From an uncultured Ectothiorhodospiraceae bacterium (GTDB lineage Bacteria > Pseudomonadota > Gammaproteobacteria > S012-40): 64,000 nucleotides of DNA. The DNA lies in assembly GCA_945787715.1 (NCBI GenBank), contig CALZJE010000001.1:11127-75126 (forward strand), given 5' to 3'. Each line of letters starts with the position of its first letter. Position 1 is the stretch's first letter. The position numbers were made by a program, and so were the translations under genes. The notes under the pieces are model-generated. The model searched no databases, was not told the origin of the DNA, and was given only the letters and a program-made list of their open reading frames with translations. Of this stretch, positions 48,202 through 60,324 are shown piece by piece.

Positions 48202-48957
48202 TTAGTTCCAAATCAGCTTAATGCCGATAACAATGGTGATAATCTCGTAAACGACTTTGATCCACTTATTTCCTTTTTTGATGGCCAAATGGGCTCCTAT
48301 GAAACCGCCAAGTAGAGAGCCCAATATAAGTGCTGGCAACCAGTCCCAAGCAATGGTGCCAAGCATGCCCAATGTTATAGCGCCAAAGCCATTCCAGAAT
48401 AGCCCTACTAAAATAAGTGTGTAGGAGACCGCCGTTTTATAATCTAGTCCAAACCAACGAACTAACCAAAGCGTGACAAATAAACCTGTGCCGGAAGTTA
48501 GCGAACCATTTAATACACCAATTGTAAACAACACCGTTCCGCCGATAATATACCCCTGGCGTGTTCGGTTTATTATTTTAGCGTTTTGCCCAAGATTAGG
48601 TTTTAATCGAGAATAAACACCGAGACTAATTGTTAGTATGCCTAAAGCAATTTCTGCAATGCGGTCTTCGATATTGAGTATAATGTTCGCGCCTAATATA
48701 ACTCCAGGCAAACCTGTGCAAAGTATAAAGAGAGCAAACCGTTGGTTTAATCGGCCCTCCTTCATGTGTCTAATTGTTGCACCAATGCCAAGAAAGACAC
48801 TAGCGACTTTATGAGTTGCTAATGCAACGCTGAAGCTTAAACCAAGAAAAATAATGGCAGGTAACTGGATTAATCCTGCTCCGCCGCCGGCAAAAGCAGA
48901 AAAAATGTTAGCGACGAGTGAAATCACAAATAATGTGATAGAGTCATACCAATTCAT
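48202..48957 (-). CDS. TauE/SafE-family (DUF81) membrane exporter
   Basis: Internally duplicated 4+4 transmembrane layout with Gly-rich helices. Confidence 0.7.
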   Translation of the reverse strand: MNWYDSITLFVISLVANIFSAFAGGGAGLIQLPAIIFLGLSFSVALATHKVASVFLGIGATIRHMKEGRLNQRFALFILCTGLPGVILGANIILNIEDRIAEIALGILTISLGVYSRLKPNLGQNAKIINRTRQGYIIGGTVLFTIGVLNGSLTSGTGLFVTLWLVRWFGLDYKTAVSYTLILVGLFWNGFGAITLGMLGTIAWDWLPALILGSLLGGFIGAHLAIKKGNKWIKVVYEIITIVIGIKLIWN

Positions 48958-49016
48958 AATCGAGTGTTTGCCTCACTATTTTCTGCAGATTTAATTATAA
49001 TAAAAATGATCACATC

Positions 49017-49682
49017 GTGGCTGTGTTTCACAGTAAGCATGTCATTTTTTATGCAATAGGATGGTTGATAAGTTTGAAAGTTAAGCAAAGATGGTGGTTT
49101 ATTCTTTTCGGTCTGCTCGTGACTTCTATTATATCTGCAAGTGATGTCTACTACGTATTTAAAGACAAAAATGGAAACACATTGATTCAGGATTCCATTC
49201 CAGCGGAATATGTGCACCAGGGATATCGCATAATTAATGAGCAAGGGTTGACGTTACGCACAGTACCTAGCGTTAAGGAGCAACAACGTTTAGCAAATGC
49301 TGCAAAACATCGACGGACTGTGGAAAAAGAGAGAGAAAAAAAGCGCAAAGAAGATGATATGTTGTTAGCGAGTTTCTCAAATATTGAGCAAATTCGTGAA
49401 GCGGTTAATAAGAAGATATTAGTAATTCAAGTTCAAATAGATGTTACTTTGAATCACATTAAAACATTTGAAAAAAATCTGCTTGAGCTACAGGCGCAAG
49501 CCATTGAGTTTGCTAAGCGCCCTGGCGGCATTACTAAAGCTGAAGTGGATGAAGTGCAAAGGATAAAGACAAGCATTGTACGTAATCGTGAATTTATTGT
49601 GCGCCAGCGAGAAGAGCAACAAAATCTACGACAAGAATACATGGAATATATCACGCGTTATCGGTTCTTAACGGGTAAGTAG
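49017..49682 (+). CDS. DUF4124-like secreted or anchored coiled-coil protein
   Basis: VYYVFKDKNGNTLIQDSIPAEY resembles the DUF4124 N-terminal motif; long coiled coil follows; the true start is uncertain (a TTG upstream of the signal-like segment is possible). Confidence 0.45.
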   Translation: MAVFHSKHVIFYAIGWLISLKVKQRWWFILFGLLVTSIISASDVYYVFKDKNGNTLIQDSIPAEYVHQGYRIINEQGLTLRTVPSVKEQQRLANAAKHRRTVEKEREKKRKEDDMLLASFSNIEQIREAVNKKILVIQVQIDVTLNHIKTFEKNLLELQAQAIEFAKRPGGITKAEVDEVQRIKTSIVRNREFIVRQREEQQNLRQEYMEYITRYRFLTGK

Positions 49683-50258
49683 TAACAAAATGTTTTGCCA
49701 TTGCTCATCGGAATGGGTGAGTGGGCTTTGAGAGAAGTTAGTGCGCCGATGTTGCGCTATTCTACCTTCAACATGCGCAAGAATTAAGTTAGCCATTGCT
49801 GCAGTGTTGATATCTGCTGATAGTTCATTACGTAAAGCACCTTCGCGCAAGAATTGTTTAATTTGCATTTCAATGCGATCAAAGAATTGGGAAACGCGAG
49901 TTCGTAGTTTTTCGCTTTCTCCCATAATGGCATCACCTGTAAGAATACGAATAATGCCAGGGTTTCTATCAGCAAAAGTTAGCAATAAATGTACGATGGC
50001 TTCACTACGTACAATTGCTGATTTTTGTTCTTGTTGGATTTTATTGATTCGACTGAATATTGTCTCTTCACTAAATTGGATTAAAGCTTCGAACATTTTT
50101 GCTTTACTAGGGAAGTGTCTATATAAAGCAGCTTCTGAAATTCCAATTTCTTTAGCTAAACTCGCTGTTCGAATAGGTGATCCGGGGTTTTGTTCTAATT
50201 GTGATGCGAGTGTTTCTAGAATTTCTTGACGACGATTTTTTTTAATTTTTGTATTCAT
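49668..50258 (-). CDS. slmA: Nucleoid occlusion factor SlmA (TetR family)
   Basis: RRQEILE...SEAALYRHFPSK...RNPGIIRILTG aligns with E. coli SlmA; synteny near pyrE and dut-coaBC. Confidence 0.8.
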   Translation of the reverse strand: MNTKIKKNRRQEILETLASQLEQNPGSPIRTASLAKEIGISEAALYRHFPSKAKMFEALIQFSEETIFSRINKIQQEQKSAIVRSEAIVHLLLTFADRNPGIIRILTGDAIMGESEKLRTRVSQFFDRIEMQIKQFLREGALRNELSADINTAAMANLILAHVEGRIAQHRRTNFSQSPLTHSDEQWQNILLLLTR

Positions 50259-50292
50259 ATCGTGTTCCGTTTTTTGGGTTGTTCTAGGAGTC

Positions 50293-51198
<906 letters not shown>

Positions 51199-51410
51199 CT
51201 AATTTGTATCTCAAGTTTTGGAGTTCTTGTTATATTGGAGGCAACAACCACGGTATACGTACAATATGAAAGACGCTGTGAATACTTCCATGTAAGCTCG
51301 ACGACAGCATCCATGCTGCCGATGCTTTCATATTGTACATATACCATGTTTATTGCAGCTATTTATGAAAATTTGAACTCCGAAACTTGAGTTTTATATT
51401 TTTGAAATAA

Positions 51411-52808
51411 TTAAAAAGGAAGAGTCAAGCTCTCGTCAACCGAATGAAAAAGCTGTCGAAATTTTTCTTGAACATCTTTCATCGCTTGTTCGCTACGTCC
51501 TTCAAAGCGTATCACAAGGCACGGTGTTGTATTTGATGCACGTACTAGTCCCCAAGCATCATCAAAATCGACACGAATTCCGTCGATGTCAGTAACTTTC
51601 GCATCTTTAAAACTTGCCGCATCAATTAAATGTTTCATGAGCTTAAAGTTTTCACCTTCTTCGGTGTCGAGTCGCAATTCTGGGGTGTTAACCATGTCAG
51701 GCAGGGATGCAAGCACTTCTCCAGTGCTTTGTTCTTTCTTCGAAAGAATTTCAAGCAGTCGGGCACCTGTGTAAAGAGCATCATCGAAGCCATACCAGCG
51801 TTCTTTAAAGAAAATATGACCACTCATCTCTCCTGCTAATGGGGCACCAGTTTCTTTCAATTTTGCTTTAACGAAAGAGTGGCCGGTTTTCCACATTAAA
51901 GGTGTGCCACCTGCATCGCGGATAGCTTGATCGAGGTTTACGGAGCATTTGATATCATAAATAATTTCTGCACCTGGATTCCTTGAGAGAACATCTTCGG
52001 CATAAAGAATCATTTGTCTATCTGCCCAAATAATTTCTCCGTCAGGAGCGATGACACCTAAGCGATCACCATCTCCATCAAAGGCAAATCCGATATCGGC
52101 TTTTTCTTTTTTCACGGCTGCCACCAAATCAATTAAGGTTTCTGGTTGGCTTGGGTCAGGGTGATGGTTGGGGAAGTTGCCATCTATTTCACAATAAAGC
52201 TCGGTAACATCGCATCCCATTAATCTATAGAGCTGAGGGGCTAACTCACCGGCTACACCATTACCGCAGTCCACAATTATTTTAAGTGGCTTAGCTAGTT
52301 TTACATCGTTAATAATTTCATTAAGATACTCTTCGTTAATATTCACTTCGGTATAGTTACCGGCACCACTAACGATGTCATTATTGATGATGCGATTTTT
52401 CAAATCTTGGATGGTTGAACCAGAAAGTGCCGTATTGTTTAAAACCATTTTTAGGCCATTGTAGTCAGGCGGATTATGGCTACCTGTTAGCATGACTCCG
52501 CAAGCGGTTTTTAAATGGTAGGTTGCGTAGTATAAAACCGGAGTGGGGGCTTGCCCGACATTAACAACATCGATCCCTGTGCTGAGAATACCATCGACGA
52601 GCGCTTGCAATAGTTTGGGCCCTGATAGTCGACCGTCTCGAGCCACTGCAATGGTTTTTTGATTTTGTCGAGTTGCTTCACTTCCTAAAGCCTGGCCAAT
52701 GGCATAAACCACATCGACAGTTAATGTTTTATCAACAATGCCTCGGATATCGTAGGCTTTAAAAATATCGTGGCTGATGTTTTCTGAAGTGATGTTGCTG
52801 TATTGCAT
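51411..52808 (-). CDS. Phosphomannomutase/phosphoglucomutase (AlgC/ManB type)
   Basis: Active-site TGSHNPPDYNG and metal-binding FDGDGDR. Confidence 0.85.
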   Translation of the reverse strand: MQYSNITSENISHDIFKAYDIRGIVDKTLTVDVVYAIGQALGSEATRQNQKTIAVARDGRLSGPKLLQALVDGILSTGIDVVNVGQAPTPVLYYATYHLKTACGVMLTGSHNPPDYNGLKMVLNNTALSGSTIQDLKNRIINNDIVSGAGNYTEVNINEEYLNEIINDVKLAKPLKIIVDCGNGVAGELAPQLYRLMGCDVTELYCEIDGNFPNHHPDPSQPETLIDLVAAVKKEKADIGFAFDGDGDRLGVIAPDGEIIWADRQMILYAEDVLSRNPGAEIIYDIKCSVNLDQAIRDAGGTPLMWKTGHSFVKAKLKETGAPLAGEMSGHIFFKERWYGFDDALYTGARLLEILSKKEQSTGEVLASLPDMVNTPELRLDTEEGENFKLMKHLIDAASFKDAKVTDIDGIRVDFDDAWGLVRASNTTPCLVIRFEGRSEQAMKDVQEKFRQLFHSVDESLTLPF

Positions 52809-52861
52809 TTAGTATCCCTTTTTTCTTTTTGTGAGCAATGCTGACCCGTTACCTTTTTGAT

Positions 52862-53320
52862 TTAATGACGACCAGAATGGCCAAAGCCACCTTCGCCACG
52901 GTGTGTTTCTTCAAACTCTTCCACAACTTCAAAAGCCGCCTGTACGACTGGGATAATAACCATTTGCGCAAGTCTTTCACCAATCTTGAGCGAAAAGGGC
53001 TCGCTACTTCTGTTCCAGCAAGAAACCATTAGAGGCCCTTGATAATCGGAGTCAATAAGTCCGACCAAATTGCCTAGCACTATTCCGTGTTTGTGGCCAA
53101 GGCCTGAGCGAGGGAGTAAAACGGCTGCCAACCCTGGGTCTTCAACGTAAACAGATACGCCTGTTGGAATGAGTTTTGTTTCTCCCGGTTGAATAAGCAT
53201 TTCTTCATCAATGCAAGCTCGCAAGTCCATTCCTGCAGAACCCGGTGTTGCGTGATGAGGTAATGGGAATTCAGTGCCGATACGTTTATCAAGTATTTTA
53301 AGTTGTATGTTTTTTTTCAT
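52862..53320 (-). CDS. dut: dUTP diphosphatase
   Basis: dUTPase motifs (GSAGMDLRA; GLIDSDYQG; [10 protein letters not shown]); start placed at [11 protein letters not shown]. Confidence 0.9.
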   Translation of the reverse strand: MKKNIQLKILDKRIGTEFPLPHHATPGSAGMDLRACIDEEMLIQPGETKLIPTGVSVYVEDPGLAAVLLPRSGLGHKHGIVLGNLVGLIDSDYQGPLMVSCWNRSSEPFSLKIGERLAQMVIIPVVQAAFEVVEEFEETHRGEGGFGHSGRH

Positions 53321-54527
53321 AAGCCTTTTCATAAGTCAGTGCGATAAGTTCTACAAGTTGTTTTGCTAAGATTGATTTTTTCATCTCGGGTAGCTCGTGG
53401 CTCCCCATGGGTGTGAAAATGTGAACTTTGTTTTGATCTGAATTAAATCCTTTGTACTCGCCTGATTCGTTTTGTCCGACTCGATTGGCAATGATCATTT
53501 CGAGTTTTTTCCGTGTGAGTTTTTCTTTTGCATTCGTTTCTAGGTTTTCTGTCTCGGCGGCGAATCCTATACAAAAAGGACGATTATCCATCGATGATAC
53601 TTCGCTAAGAATGTCGGGATTTTTTTTCAGTTCTAGGTTTAATTCTGATTGGCTTTTTTTAATTTTTTGTTCTGCAATATCGACTGGGCTGTAATCGGCG
53701 ACCGCCGCTGCAGCAATAAAAATATCAGCTTGTTCGGCGTTTTCCATTACCGCGTCATACATTTGCTTTGCCGATATAACATTAACAATATTTACCTGAT
53801 TCGGGGTGGGTAAATGGACTGGGCCACTAACTAAGGTAACTTCTGCACCTGCGCGCTGCGCTTGCTGAGCTAATGCATATCCCATTTTTCCTGAGCTATG
53901 GTTGGTAATATAGCGCACAGGATCTAATGCCTCTTGGGTAGGGCCGGCTGTTATCAATACTTTTTTACCACTGAGCAGTTTTTCGGTGTTGCAAAATTCA
54001 TCGAGTAGCTGATTAATCTCAAGTAACCGGCCATAACCGACTTCACCACAAGCTTGATTACCCGCTGCGGGGCCTAAAAATTCTACACCGCGAGATTTCA
54101 ATTTTTCGACGTTGTCTTGGGTTGCAAGATTGTGCCACATGGCTTGATTCATGGCTGGCGCCAGAAATATGGGGCATTCCGCCGCCAGGCAAAGGGTAGA
54201 AAGTAAATTATCTGCAAAGCCGTGGGTTAATTTGGCAATAAAGTCTGCACTACAAGGGGCGATTAATATCTTATCTGCCCAGCGCGCTAAATCGATATGT
54301 TCCATCACACGATCATCACTGCTGAAAATATCTTTGTACACTGGGTGGCCGCTAATGGCTTGTAGTGTGACTTCACCTATAAATTTTTCAGCAGATTCCG
54401 TCATAACAACACGGACAGTGATCCCTAACTCTTGCAATCGGCGAATGATTTCGGGGCTTTTATAGGCAGCAATCCCCCCTGTGACACCGAGCAATACATT
54501 ATGAGTTGGATTTTGTGATTTGTTCAT
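53298..54527 (-). CDS. coaBC: Bifunctional phosphopantothenoylcysteine decarboxylase/synthetase
   Basis: N-terminal flavoprotein domain ([12 protein letters not shown]) and C-terminal CoaB domain (ITAGPT...SSGKMG); start placed at MNKSQNP. Confidence 0.9.
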   Translation of the reverse strand: MNKSQNPTHNVLLGVTGGIAAYKSPEIIRRLQELGITVRVVMTESAEKFIGEVTLQAISGHPVYKDIFSSDDRVMEHIDLARWADKILIAPCSADFIAKLTHGFADNLLSTLCLAAECPIFLAPAMNQAMWHNLATQDNVEKLKSRGVEFLGPAAGNQACGEVGYGRLLEINQLLDEFCNTEKLLSGKKVLITAGPTQEALDPVRYITNHSSGKMGYALAQQAQRAGAEVTLVSGPVHLPTPNQVNIVNVISAKQMYDAVMENAEQADIFIAAAAVADYSPVDIAEQKIKKSQSELNLELKKNPDILSEVSSMDNRPFCIGFAAETENLETNAKEKLTRKKLEMIIANRVGQNESGEYKGFNSDQNKVHIFTPMGSHELPEMKKSILAKQLVELIALTYEKAYEKKHTT

Positions 54528-54577
54528 TGAACGGATTTTACCCCTAAATGCCTGTATATGCACGAGGAATACGGATT

Positions 54578-55252
54578 ATGGCGATTACAGATTGGCCAGC
54601 TGATGAGCGACCAAGAGAAAAATTACTTAAACAGGGAGCAACGAGTTTGTCTGATGCAGAACTGCTTGCCATTTTCCTTCGAACCGGGGTGAAGGGGAAA
54701 ACAGCGGTGGATTTGGCCAGAGGGCTTTTGTCCGAGTTTGGGAGCTTACGCAATATTTTGCGAGCGGATCTACAAACATTTTGCGTAGGTGAGGGATTGG
54801 GCGCGGCGAAATATGCTCAACTTCAAGCCGTGCTGGAGATGAGTCGGCGACATCTTCAAGAAAAGCTAAGTAAAGGAGATGCTTTATGCAGTCCTCAAGA
54901 TACCCAGCGTTTTCTTCATGCATGTTTGGCGGATTACGAGCATGAAGTTTTTGCTGCTGTTTTTCTGGACAATAGGCATCAAGTGATAAAATTTAAAGAG
55001 TTATTCATAGGCACATTGGATGGCGCGAGTGTTTATCCGCGAGAAGTGGTAAAGCAAACATTGGAGTTAAACGCGGCAGCCGTAATTTTCGCGCACAATC
55101 ATCCGTCAGGAGTCTCGTCACCCAGTGAAGCAGATAAAAAAATCACCCGCCAATTGAAAGAAGCACTCGCGTTGATTGATGTTCGAGTGCTCGATCATTT
55201 TATCATCGGAGAAGATGGTGGATTTTCATTTGCTGAACATGGATTGATATAA
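54578..55252 (+). CDS. radC: RadC-like JAB-domain protein (YicR/UPF0758)
   Basis: HhH N-terminus ([12 protein letters not shown]) and JAMM motif ([14 protein letters not shown]). Confidence 0.8.
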   Translation: MAITDWPADERPREKLLKQGATSLSDAELLAIFLRTGVKGKTAVDLARGLLSEFGSLRNILRADLQTFCVGEGLGAAKYAQLQAVLEMSRRHLQEKLSKGDALCSPQDTQRFLHACLADYEHEVFAAVFLDNRHQVIKFKELFIGTLDGASVYPREVVKQTLELNAAAVIFAHNHPSGVSSPSEADKKITRQLKEALALIDVRVLDHFIIGEDGGFSFAEHGLI

Positions 55253-55346
55253 GCTAATAAATATCAGGCGTGGTGTTTAAATTCGTTATGAAGGATAATG
55301 ATAACAATAGAATTTAAACGAAATGATATGACATGAGGGAGAGGTC

Positions 55347-55886
55347 ATGAAGCGTATTGCGCTATTTGTCGGGCTGGTATTTTTATTCGTGGGGCAAGCA
55401 CAAGCAGAGAAAGGCGATCAGTACTATCTTGCTAATTTGGCCTATTCATTGGTGGATATATCTGCCGATCCTGATCCACTAATGCTAGTGAGCCTTAGTT
55501 ACGGTTACGGCTTGAGTCAAAAATGGGCTTTGGAAGTCGATTACACGCAGTCATTTAGCGGCGGAGAGTACAAAGAAACAGATACTGGTACCAATACTAA
55601 AGGCGAATATTCCTTATGGGCGCTATCTGTAAATGCTGCATACCGTCATTTATTTAAAGACGTCTTTTATTTTAAAGGGAAAATTGGCTATACCTATGGT
55701 GAAAGCGAATTGACACGTTCGGAGGATTCAACAAAGAGTAAAGAACTTAATTCCCTGGCTGGTGCATTAGGTGTTGGTTATTTGGCTGGGAATGTTATTG
55801 GTAGCTCATTAACGCTAGAGCTTATGCTAGCAAAACAATCTGAAGATTTGACTTCAATTATGATCGGTGCGAACGCGACATTTTGA
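55347..55886 (+). CDS. Small outer-membrane beta-barrel protein (OmpW/OmpX/opacity-like)
   Basis: Signal peptide ending AQA; alternating aromatic beta-strands; terminal ...ANATF. Confidence 0.5.
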   Translation: MKRIALFVGLVFLFVGQAQAEKGDQYYLANLAYSLVDISADPDPLMLVSLSYGYGLSQKWALEVDYTQSFSGGEYKETDTGTNTKGEYSLWALSVNAAYRHLFKDVFYFKGKIGYTYGESELTRSEDSTKSKELNSLAGALGVGYLAGNVIGSSLTLELMLAKQSEDLTSIMIGANATF

Positions 55887-55954
55887 TGGCTAGGCTACGC
55901 AGATATCCACGTTTTGCTTGGGTTAAATATTGATGGAATCAATGAGGTGGAGTT

Positions 55955-56191
55955 ATGGAAGGTGAAAAACACGATTTAGTGCATGAATTTCCTGAATATA
56001 AAGAGAAAATACACCAAATGAAAATGGATGATACTCAATTTGCTAGCTTGTTTAATGAGTATCATAAGCTCAATCGTGAGATTCATCGAATAGAAACGGG
56101 TGTTGAAAATACATCGGACGACTATCTAGAAGAAGAGAAAAAGAGGCGCCTTAAGTTGAAAGATGATTTATTTGCTATGTTGCAGAGCTGA
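55955..56191 (+). CDS. DUF465 (YdcH-like) family small protein
   Basis: 78 aa helical protein with the EYHKLNREIHRIE core typical of DUF465. Confidence 0.55.
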   Translation: MEGEKHDLVHEFPEYKEKIHQMKMDDTQFASLFNEYHKLNREIHRIETGVENTSDDYLEEEKKRRLKLKDDLFAMLQS

Positions 56192-56364
56192 GATTGCATC
56201 TAAGCTATTGAATCTCGCCGAAAGATAGTTTTATCTCATCAGATAAACAGTGTTTGCTGGAGTGTGCTTAAACTCATCGTTGCATTGTAAAAGGATTTTT
56301 GATATAAATTGCGCCCCTTCGCTCGGGAGAGCGGAAGTAAAGAATTTATTTTGGAGAGAAAGTG

Positions 56365-56601
56365 ATGTCAAAAGTTTGTCAGGTTACTGGGAAGCGCCCA
56401 ATTACCGGAAACAACGTTTCTCACGCTAATAACAGAACAAAGCGTCGATTTTTGCCTAACCTGCATTCACGTCGTTTTTGGGTTGGAAACGAAAGCCGTT
56501 GGGTTCGTTTGCGTGTAAGCACTAAAGGTATTCGCATGATTGATAAGCTTGGGATTGACCAAGTATTATCTGAGATTCGTGCGCGCGGCGAAAAAGTCTA
56601 A
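56365..56601 (+). CDS. rpmB: 50S ribosomal protein L28
   Basis: [12 protein letters not shown]...RRFLPNLH aligns with E. coli L28; start at the second Met. Confidence 0.9.
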   Translation: MSKVCQVTGKRPITGNNVSHANNRTKRRFLPNLHSRRFWVGNESRWVRLRVSTKGIRMIDKLGIDQVLSEIRARGEKV

Positions 56602-56616
56602 TCGAGGATTATAGAA

Positions 56617-56772
56617 ATGCGTGAAAAAATTAGATTGGTTTCTAGCGAAGGTACAGGTCACTTTTACACGACGACTAAAAACAAACGTACTATGCCGTCT
56701 AAGATGGAAATCAAAAAGTACGATCCAGTTGTTAGAAAGCATGTAATGTACAAAGAAGCTAAAATTAAATAA
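56617..56772 (+). CDS. rpmG: 50S ribosomal protein L33 (51 aa; below the ORF-track cutoff)
   Basis: Manual translation gives [51 protein letters not shown]; GAGG ribosome-binding site; 15 bp after rpmB. Confidence 0.9.
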   Translation: MREKIRLVSSEGTGHFYTTTKNKRTMPSKMEIKKYDPVVRKHVMYKEAKIK

Positions 56773-56794
56773 TTCTCTGTATATTTATTCAAAG

Positions 56795-56817
56795 ACCGCC
56801 ATTTGGCGGTTTTTTTA
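56795..56817 (+). terminator. Intrinsic terminator after rpmG
   Basis: Hairpin accgcc-attt-ggcggt followed by T7. Confidence 0.8.
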
Positions 56818-57112
56818 TTTCTGCGAATTATTTTTATGATAATTCTTCAGTAGTTTCATGTATTATTCCTGCGCATGGTATCAACCTAGAAAAATCAGTT
56901 GCTAGTTGATTTATTGTGCAATCAAGCCAATTGCACGTGCTTCATTCTCGTGCCCGGCTAATCTTTCTACAATTAAAGTCTTACCTTGCAAATATGAAAT
57001 TTTTAAAATTTTAAAAAGTTTGGGATAATTCCGTTCTCGCTTGCTGTCAAACCAAGCATTTGTAGCTATGATCTATTTCGTAGCGTTTACCAATGAATTA
57101 TAAGGATTAGTA

Positions 57113-57694
57113 ATGAAAAAAAGAGCACTTAAGCAATTTGTCTTTGTGTCTGCGATATCTTTTTTACTTTTGGGTAGCAATGCTTATGCACAAAGAGCTT
57201 ATATTGCTTTAAGTGAGGTTAGCGCTCAAATTGGTTATGGGACGTTGGTCGGAGGCAGTGATTACGGTCGCACAGAGTTTGCGCTGGATTTTCTATATAC
57301 TGAAGAAGATGCCTATGTAGGTGATATCAGTTTCCAGGTGTTTGATCAAGTTGGTAGCAAGGTTAAAGGATTGGTTGCTGGTATTGGTGGGAAAGTTTAT
57401 GCCTTAAATCAAGATAATTTTGATGCATTAGCTTTAGGGATTGGTGGAATGCTAAGGTATTCAATTCCCTCGGTGAAGCGACTCATTTTAGGTGTGGATG
57501 GTTACTATGCACCAAGTGTGGTTTCGTTTATAGACGCTGAATCTTTTTACGAAATTGCCGCACGAGTAGAATATTCAGTGTTACCACAAGCAGGTGCTTT
57601 TGTTGAATGGCGCGATTTTGGTTTTGAAGATAGCTCAGGTAAAACCCGCCACATAGATGAAAATTTGCGATTGGGCCTGGAAATTAACTTCTAA
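57113..57694 (+). CDS. Hypothetical outer-membrane beta-barrel protein
   Basis: Signal peptide ending AYA; Gly/aromatic-rich beta-strands; terminal ...GLEINF. Confidence 0.5.
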   Translation: MKKRALKQFVFVSAISFLLLGSNAYAQRAYIALSEVSAQIGYGTLVGGSDYGRTEFALDFLYTEEDAYVGDISFQVFDQVGSKVKGLVAGIGGKVYALNQDNFDALALGIGGMLRYSIPSVKRLILGVDGYYAPSVVSFIDAESFYEIAARVEYSVLPQAGAFVEWRDFGFEDSSGKTRHIDENLRLGLEINF

Positions 57695-57708
57695 TAGGTT
57701 TCCTGCTT

Positions 57709-58329
57709 TTGCCAAAAGAGACGGTTGTTTTAGTCCATGGTTTATGGATGAATTCTCTAAGCCAATTCTTTATTGGCAAGCAGTTAAAAAAAGCGGGCTT
57801 TAATACCGCTTATTTTAGTTATCCAACAGTCTTTGGTTCACTTGAACACAATTCAGAAAAGCTACACAAATACCTTGAAAAGCTAGCTAGCGAACAGAAA
57901 ACAATACACTTAACCGCTCATAGTTTGGGCGGTTTTGTTGTTTTAGCGGCTTTAAAAAAAGGTCAGCTCGCAAATATTGGTCGCGTAGTTCTGTATGGCT
58001 CGCCAGTGAATGGCAGTATTGTTTGTCAAAAATTCAAGTACTACCGTATAGCTCGGTGGTGTTTTGGCAAAAGTTTAAAGCCATTATGTGATGGCATTTC
58101 ACCGCCCGAGAATTGCGATATTGCCGCGATTGCTGGCAACGGTGGTTGGGGAATTGGACATTTAATTGCTCCGGTGCTAGTTCCGCATGATGGAGCCGTT
58201 GGGGTTGAAGAGGTTCGGCTGAAGAATAGCCATCCTATGCGAGTTATCAATGTTTCGCATTTTTCTATGCTGATGTCTAAAAAATTATCGGATGCAATTG
58301 TTCAGTATTTACGCCATGGCAGATTTTAA
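57709..58329 (+). CDS. Alpha/beta-hydrolase (lipase/esterase-like)
   Basis: VVLVHGLWMNS oxyanion region and nucleophile elbow AHSLGG. Confidence 0.65.
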   Translation: MPKETVVLVHGLWMNSLSQFFIGKQLKKAGFNTAYFSYPTVFGSLEHNSEKLHKYLEKLASEQKTIHLTAHSLGGFVVLAALKKGQLANIGRVVLYGSPVNGSIVCQKFKYYRIARWCFGKSLKPLCDGISPPENCDIAAIAGNGGWGIGHLIAPVLVPHDGAVGVEEVRLKNSHPMRVINVSHFSMLMSKKLSDAIVQYLRHGRF

Positions 58330-58436
58330 ACGATGACTTATGAATTATTCAAACGAGAATGTTAGAATCCGCCGAGCTGAAATTATTGTGCAAAGTCTAT
58401 TCGCGTTTAATAAATAGGCTATATTAAGAGGAAGTC

Positions 58437-59183
58437 ATGGCTGGTCATAGTAAGTGGTCGAACATTAAGCATCGAAAAGGTGCGCAAGATGCAAAACGTG
58501 GGAAAATCTTTACTAAAATTATTCGCGAATTAACGGTTGCTGCCCGCTTAGGTGGTGGCGATGCTTCAGCAAATCCGAGGCTTCGAGCTGCTATTGATAA
58601 TGGCTTGAGTAACAACATGCCTAAAGATACTATCGAACGCGCAATAAAACGTGGTGCTGGCGGTGGTGACGAAGCTAATTTAGATGAAATTCGTTATGAG
58701 GGCTATGGGCCAGGTGGTGTTGCGGTGATGGTTGATTGTATGACTGACAATAAAAATAGAACTGTCGCAGAAGTGCGTCATGCGTTCAACAAAATGGGTG
58801 GAAACCTGGGGACTTCCGGTTCAGTTTCCTATCTCTTTACAAAAACTGGCATTATTAGCTACCCCTCAGGTACAGACGAAGAAAAAATTATGGAACTGGC
58901 CCTGGAAGTAGGTGCCGATGATGTAGTGACAAATGATGATGGAAGTGTAGATGTACTGACAACACCAGAAGCCTTTGGCAAGGTTAAAGACGCATTAGTT
59001 GCCGAAAGCTCTAAACCGGAATCTGACGAAGTAACAATGCATGCTGCAACAACTACAGCACTTAATGTGAAAGAAGCGGGAACGATGATTAAACTAATCG
59101 ATATGCTGGAAGATCTGGATGATGTACAAAATGTCTATTCCAATGCAGGCATTTGTGAAGAAGTGCTAGCGCAACTCAATTGA
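58437..59183 (+). CDS. yebC: YebC/PmpR-family transcriptional regulator
   Basis: [14 protein letters not shown] ... near-canonical YebC sequence; upstream of ruvC as in many bacteria. Confidence 0.9.
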   Translation: MAGHSKWSNIKHRKGAQDAKRGKIFTKIIRELTVAARLGGGDASANPRLRAAIDNGLSNNMPKDTIERAIKRGAGGGDEANLDEIRYEGYGPGGVAVMVDCMTDNKNRTVAEVRHAFNKMGGNLGTSGSVSYLFTKTGIISYPSGTDEEKIMELALEVGADDVVTNDDGSVDVLTTPEAFGKVKDALVAESSKPESDEVTMHAATTTALNVKEAGTMIKLIDMLEDLDDVQNVYSNAGICEEVLAQLN

Positions 59184-59710
59184 ATAATTCTCGAAACTCA
59201 AAACTACGTATATTAGGCATCGACCCTGGATCTCGTGTCACGGGCTATGGTCTGATTGATGTGAATGGGCAAAATTATCGTTATGTGGCGAGTGGATGTA
59301 TTCGTATAAAAAGTGAAAATTTCCCTGACCGACTAAAAGAAATCTTTGTTGGGGTTGATGAAGTGATAGCCGAATACCAACCTACTTTGGCAGCTGTTGA
59401 GCAAGTATTTGTAAAACTTAATGTCGGCGGCGCTTTAAAACTAGGTCAGGCAAGAGGTGCGGCAATATGTGCCTGCGTGATGCGCTCACTTGATGTTGGG
59501 GAGTATATGCCTAATCAAATTAAAAAAGCGGTTGTTGGGCGAGGCCATGCAACAAAAGAACAAATTCAGCACATGGTAATGACTCATTTGAATTTAACCC
59601 AGTCTCCTCAATCTGATGCGGCAGATGCATTAGCCACTGCGCTTTGCCATGCGCAAACATTTCGTACGATTGGTCGTTTTTCTCAACGTGTTGCGGGAGG
59701 TCGATTGTGA
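59180..59710 (+). CDS. ruvC: Holliday junction resolvase RuvC
   Basis: [14 protein letters not shown]...catalytic acidic residues; 4-nt overlap with yebC. Confidence 0.9.
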   Translation: MNNSRNSKLRILGIDPGSRVTGYGLIDVNGQNYRYVASGCIRIKSENFPDRLKEIFVGVDEVIAEYQPTLAAVEQVFVKLNVGGALKLGQARGAAICACVMRSLDVGEYMPNQIKKAVVGRGHATKEQIQHMVMTHLNLTQSPQSDAADALATALCHAQTFRTIGRFSQRVAGGRL

Positions 59711-60324
59711 TTGGGCGGCTTGTCGGAGAAATTATCACTAAAAAACCGCCACAAATTTTGCTTGATGTTAATGGCGTGGGTTATGAAGTTGAAGCGCCAA
59801 TGACAACATTTTACGAACTGCCAGATGTTGGAAACAAAGTAATTTTGTTAACCCATATGGTTGTACGAGAAGACGCACAATTGCTTTATGGTTTTGCCAG
59901 TGAAAATGAGCGTAGTATGTTTCGACATCTTATTCGAATAAATGGGGTTGGCCCCAAGCTGGCGTTAACCATTTTATCAGGAATTTCTGCTTCTGAGCTC
60001 GCTCGTTGTATTAACGAACACGATGTAACCGGGTTGGTGAAATTACCTGGGGTTGGAAAGAAAACAGCGGAACGTCTGATTGTTGAACTAGTTGATCGCA
60101 TCAAAGATTTTGTACCGAATGCTGATGTGAGTGAATCTAGCACAACCGCGATAGCTCAGTCGGTTGTTGAAAATGCTTCGAGTGAAGCTGAATATGCACT
60201 CATTGCTTTGGGTTATAAGCCCCAGGAAGCCAGTCGAATGATTCGAAATATCGATACAAAAAACCGAACGAGTGAAGATGTAATTCGTTTAGCGTTGCAG
60301 TCTGTGGTGGCCGGTAAAAAATGA
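59708..60324 (+). CDS. ruvA: Holliday junction DNA helicase RuvA
   Basis: GTG start giving (M)IGRLVGEI...; OB-fold, HhH (GVGPKLAL; [12 protein letters not shown]) and C-terminal domain III. Confidence 0.9.

Noticed and set aside
60140-60160. tRNA-like D-arm motif (ATAGCTCAGTCGGTT).
   Set aside because: It lies inside the ruvA coding frame, with no matching acceptor stem or T-arm. No tRNA genes were found in the window.
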